Assembly: GCA_963822445.1 (NCBI GenBank)
Contig: CAWGHO010000002.1
Span: 2,048,001 to 2,112,000, forward strand
Direction: 5' to 3'
DNA from: an uncultured Acidobacteriota bacterium
Lineage (GTDB): Bacteria; Acidobacteriota; Thermoanaerobaculia; Gp7-AA8
DNA: 64,000 nt
Part shown: piece after piece, positions 60,777 through 64,000 of the stretch
Layout of the letters: every line of letters starts with the position of its first letter
Numbering within the stretch: position 1 is the first letter of the stretch
Made by a program: the position numbers and the translations under genes
Notes under the pieces: generated by a model
The model's database searches: none
What the model saw: the letters and a program-made list of their open reading frames with translations, nothing else
Told to the model about the DNA's origin: nothing

Positions 60777-61244
60777 ATGGCCGACGTCAACACCCTCTTC
60801 GCCGACTACGCCTCCTACCACCGCACGCCCGGCAACAAGCTCTTCCACCGAATGGGCATCCCCATGATCATGCTGTCCCTCATCGGCATGCTCACGTACG
60901 TGACGCTCTTCGATGCCGGAACGGTTCGCTACGACGCCGCCATGCTCCTCATTGCCGCGTCGACGGCGTATTACTTCGTCATCGAGTGGCGCTTGGCCGT
61001 AGGCATGCTCATTGTCTCGATCATTTTTTACTTCGTCGGCGCGGCCATCCCCCTCGCCATCAACGTCGTCCTCTTCGTGCTCGGCTGGATCTTCCAGGGC
61101 ATCGGCCACAAGGTTTACGAAAAAAAGAACCCCGCCTTCTTCCGCAATTTCGTCCACCTCCTGATCGGCCCCTTGTGGATCCTCAACGACGTTGTGCGGG
61201 TCGTACGCCCAGCAACCGAGCAACCCAGCAACTCAGCAACCTGA
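60777..61244 (+). CDS. DUF962/Mpo1-like membrane protein
   Basis: YH....N...H..GIP and GWIFQGIGH..YEKKNPAF...LLIGP motifs. Confidence 0.85.
   Translation: MADVNTLFADYASYHRTPGNKLFHRMGIPMIMLSLIGMLTYVTLFDAGTVRYDAAMLLIAASTAYYFVIEWRLAVGMLIVSIIFYFVGAAIPLAINVVLFVLGWIFQGIGHKVYEKKNPAFFRNFVHLLIGPLWILNDVVRVVRPATEQPSNSAT
61210..61241 (+). repeat. Octamer tandem repeat (CAGCAACC)x4 forming the Mpo1-like 3' end
   Basis: cagcaacc gagcaacc cagcaact cagcaacc then TGA. Confidence 0.8.
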
Positions 61245-61285
61245 TCGAAGCACGCTTCTTGCTGCACGCTCGCCCGGGTACGAGC

Positions 61286-61669
61286 GTGGTTGACAATCAA
61301 GAACATGGCGTCCTCGTCGTCGAGGATGACCCCGCGATTCGCCGGTTGGTTTCGATGGTCCTCAAGCGCCAGGGCTATCGCGTCGACACCGCCTCGGACG
61401 GTCTCGAAGCCGTGCTCAAGCTTGGCGTCTCCGAATACGACGTCATCGTGCTCGACCTGATGATGCCCAACCTCGACGGCTTCACCTTCCTCAGCACGTT
61501 TGCCGAACATGACCCCGGGCGTCTCTGCAAGATCATCGTGACCAGCGCCGCCTCTCCGGCCGTGATCCGCGAGCGCATGCAGGGCGCGCCGTTCAACGTT
61601 CTGCCGAAACCGTTCGACATCACCGACCTCATCGATCGCGTCCGTACCTGCATCTCCGCTCAGCAATAA
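61286..61669 (+). CDS. Stand-alone response regulator receiver protein
   Basis: VLVVEDD, VLDLMMP, VTS, PKPF. Confidence 0.88.
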   Translation: MVDNQEHGVLVVEDDPAIRRLVSMVLKRQGYRVDTASDGLEAVLKLGVSEYDVIVLDLMMPNLDGFTFLSTFAEHDPGRLCKIIVTSAASPAVIRERMQGAPFNVLPKPFDITDLIDRVRTCISAQQ

Positions 61670-61678
61670 AATGGCGGG

Positions 61679-62731
61679 ATGCAACCGTATGGCGGCGATC
61701 GGCTCCGCAGCGCCGGAGGGAAAATCATCCTCCAGGCCGCCATTTCCAAAGGCTGGGTCGCGCGCAAGCCGAAGGGCATCCACGCCGAATATCCAGGCAC
61801 AGCCGTTCTGTGGGACGGCGAATACTTCGAGGTAATCCGCGCCGAACGAGCCTCGGAAACCGCGATCCGTTACGTGCTCGAGCCCTGGCGCGACGAGCAC
61901 GTCATCCGCGACTTCCAGCATTACGACGAGGCCACCGAGGAGCGGCGGCTTGCCGATCACCGCGCGGCCGAAGCACAACGCAAGAAAAGTGTTTTCGCCC
62001 GCCTCTCCGGCATCGTCCTCGGCCACGCTCCCCAGCACGTACAGGAGCACCTGCAGAACGAGCTCGGCGTCACGCCGTCGCTGATGACCATGGCCTCCTG
62101 CATCCCGAGCGTTCTTCTGCTCGGCACGTGCGTCTGGCTTTACAGCGGTTCGAAACTGGAGAAAGGGCCGTCACCCGTCCCGCTCTGGCTCTGGGCCGTT
62201 GCCTTCATCCTCCTGTTCGAGTCGGCGATACGTTTCCTCGTGGCGATGTCGCAAAACCGCGGGATGGGATCGGTGCTGGGCTATGTGGGTTACATCCTGT
62301 TCTGGTACGCGACGCCGAACAGGAAGAAGTGGCCGTCGCCGTTCGATCCCGGCCGCGGCCGCGGAACCTTCACTCTGCCGCCGCCGGATGATGTCGCGCT
62401 TCAGGATTCGCTCCAGATGCGCGGCCCCTGGTTCACACTGCTCACCGTGGCCGAGCAGCAGCGCCTCGCCGAACGTTTCGGCTTCGACTATCGCAAGCAC
62501 GCCTACGGCCTGGCCTGGATCATCCTCGTCTGCTCGACGTTCGGTGTCGTCAGCTCCGTGGTCAAGGTCGCCGACAGCAGCTCCTTCTCCGCGCTCACGT
62601 CATTGATTCTCGCCGGCGCGATGGCCATCGAGCAGATCCGCCGTCTCAGTGCATTCAAGCGAGGACCGGCGGGCAGCTTCCTCGGCTTCTTCGTCCGTCC
62701 CTTCATGCGCCGCTTTCTGGAGCAGGGATGA
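61679..62731 (+). CDS. Hypothetical membrane protein
   Basis: 350-aa ORF, soluble N-terminal part plus 4-5 TM helices; family not recognised. Confidence 0.7.
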   Translation: MQPYGGDRLRSAGGKIILQAAISKGWVARKPKGIHAEYPGTAVLWDGEYFEVIRAERASETAIRYVLEPWRDEHVIRDFQHYDEATEERRLADHRAAEAQRKKSVFARLSGIVLGHAPQHVQEHLQNELGVTPSLMTMASCIPSVLLLGTCVWLYSGSKLEKGPSPVPLWLWAVAFILLFESAIRFLVAMSQNRGMGSVLGYVGYILFWYATPNRKKWPSPFDPGRGRGTFTLPPPDDVALQDSLQMRGPWFTLLTVAEQQRLAERFGFDYRKHAYGLAWIILVCSTFGVVSSVVKVADSSSFSALTSLILAGAMAIEQIRRLSAFKRGPAGSFLGFFVRPFMRRFLEQG

Positions 62732-64000
62732 CCGAAGGCCGCCTCCCGCGCCGACGCATCCTCATCTGGCTCGCCGTTCTCCTCGCCCTCGCGCTCGTGA
62801 CCTGGGCGCGCATCTGGGTCATCGATCACCTGCGCGATCAGGGCTATTTCGCCAAGTACGTGACCTTCGCCGATCAGGTCCTGGCCGGCGAGATTCCCCG
62901 GAATCGCATCGGCGACGTCAGCCCGGCCTATCTCTGGTTCATGGTCGCCCTCCGCGCGCTCGGACTCGGATTCGAAGCCGTTCGTAATCTGCAGATCGCG
63001 ATGCTCAGCGTGGCCGCGCTGTTCTGCGCGCTCGCCGCGCGGAGGCTCGGAGGTTGGGTCGCGGCGATTGCCTGCGCGATTCTGATTTTCGGCAATCGCT
63101 CCGGGCTGATCGTCGGCGCGGAGATCGAGCCCGAGGCGTTGATCTTTATTCTCAATGCTGCGGCGATCCTTGCCGTCGTGCGGCGGAACTGGGTCATGGC
63201 CGGATTGCTGATCGGTCTTTCCGCGACGGCCAGACCCGTGGCGCTGTTGACGGTGATTCTGATCGCCGGCTGGGCGCTGCTCGAATCGCGACGCGCGGCG
63301 ATGGTCGTGCTCGCAACCGCCGCGGCGCCGATCGCGCTGGTGATGATCGTCAACGGCTCCCTGACCGGCCACGTCTTCATCATGCAGCCCGGCTCGCAGT
63401 TGTACGAGGCGAACAATCCGCTCGCTACCGGTTGCGCCGGCGTGTTTCCGCAGATCGTGGCCGACATTCAGCGCACGTCGCCGGAGCCTGATTACCTTCA
63501 CGTCGCGTATCGCGTCATCGCCGCGCGCGCGACAGGACAGGCCGTCGACGCGAAATTCTCCAATCGTTACTGGCGCGACAAAGCCATCGCCTTCATGACT
63601 CACTATCCGATGGCGGCGCTCGAGCTCTTCAGCTGGAAAACGCTGCTCACGGTTCACCACTACGATATCTACGATCTGGTGACGACGAAGCGGAAGAGCA
63701 TGGAGTTGTCGCGTTATCCGGCGATTCCGTTCGGTGTCGCATTCATTCTGTCGATCGTCGCCTTCGCATTGCGGCCGAATCGTCGCGAGCTGTTGCCCGT
63801 CGCGATCTTCGCGTTCGCCACGTTCGTCGCGCTGATCGTCTTCAACGTCAGCACGCGCCAGCGCCTCGCCCTTCTCCCAACGCTCGCCATCCTCGGCGGA
63901 GTCGGCGTCGCCGAGCTCGTGCGACTGGCCCGGGCTCGCAGTGAAAAAGCGCTCTTCGCCTTCGCCGGCGTCATGATCACCGTCCCTCTCCTCGGCATCG
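62728..64000 (+). CDS. Multi-pass membrane protein, GT-C (ArnT/PMT-like) glycosyltransferase-like; 3'-truncated by window edge
   Basis: ATGA overlap; MTEGRLPRRRILIWLAVLL...DVSPAYLWF...EIEPEAL...ARP; appears open to the window end. Confidence 0.6.
   Translation, partial: MTEGRLPRRRILIWLAVLLALALVTWARIWVIDHLRDQGYFAKYVTFADQVLAGEIPRNRIGDVSPAYLWFMVALRALGLGFEAVRNLQIAMLSVAALFCALAARRLGGWVAAIACAILIFGNRSGLIVGAEIEPEALIFILNAAAILAVVRRNWVMAGLLIGLSATARPVALLTVILIAGWALLESRRAAMVVLATAAAPIALVMIVNGSLTGHVFIMQPGSQLYEANNPLATGCAGVFPQIVADIQRTSPEPDYLHVAYRVIAARATGQAVDAKFSNRYWRDKAIAFMTHYPMAALELFSWKTLLTVHHYDIYDLVTTKRKSMELSRYPAIPFGVAFILSIVAFALRPNRRELLPVAIFAFATFVALIVFNVSTRQRLALLPTLAILGGVGVAELVRLARARSEKALFAFAGVMITVPLLGI

Noticed and set aside
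1-64000. tRNA, rRNA, integrase, transposase or phage genes
   Set aside because: None recognised by eye or in the ORF track; a covariance-model scan was not possible.

Overview
High-GC bacterial chromosomal window. Gene content and style suggest Acidobacteriota, possibly Thermoanaerobaculia (inference, not tested). It is mostly core or metabolic: the end of the alpha operon (rpsD-rpoA-rplQ), a glutamine-synthetase-like/aldehyde dehydrogenase/EamA cluster, a complete System I cytochrome c maturation operon (ccmABCDEFGH plus a ccmI-like gene), and a TPP-riboswitch-led TonB receptor-PnuC-NadR-like kinase operon. It also holds a miniaturised ECF sigma/cupin pair, an alternative complex III plus Sco plus A2-type caa3 oxidase operon, a divergent citrate synthase/HTH-citrate synthase pair, an argRCBDGHJ operon with tandem ARG boxes, and a membrane MutS-like gene divergent from P450/Mpo1-like genes. 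I saw no rRNA, tRNA, CRISPR array, transposase or phage gene. The most striking unexplained structure is a dense population of small palindromic REP/REPIN-like elements and 7/8-nt tandem-repeat blocks. Several of these sit in-frame inside conserved genes (ccmC, ccmF, ccmH, ccmI-like, actB, actE, citrate synthase, Mpo1-like), and one supplies the hydrophobic core of the ActE lipoprotein signal peptide. Three single-base frameshifts (serine hydrolase, ggt, argD) may be assembly errors.
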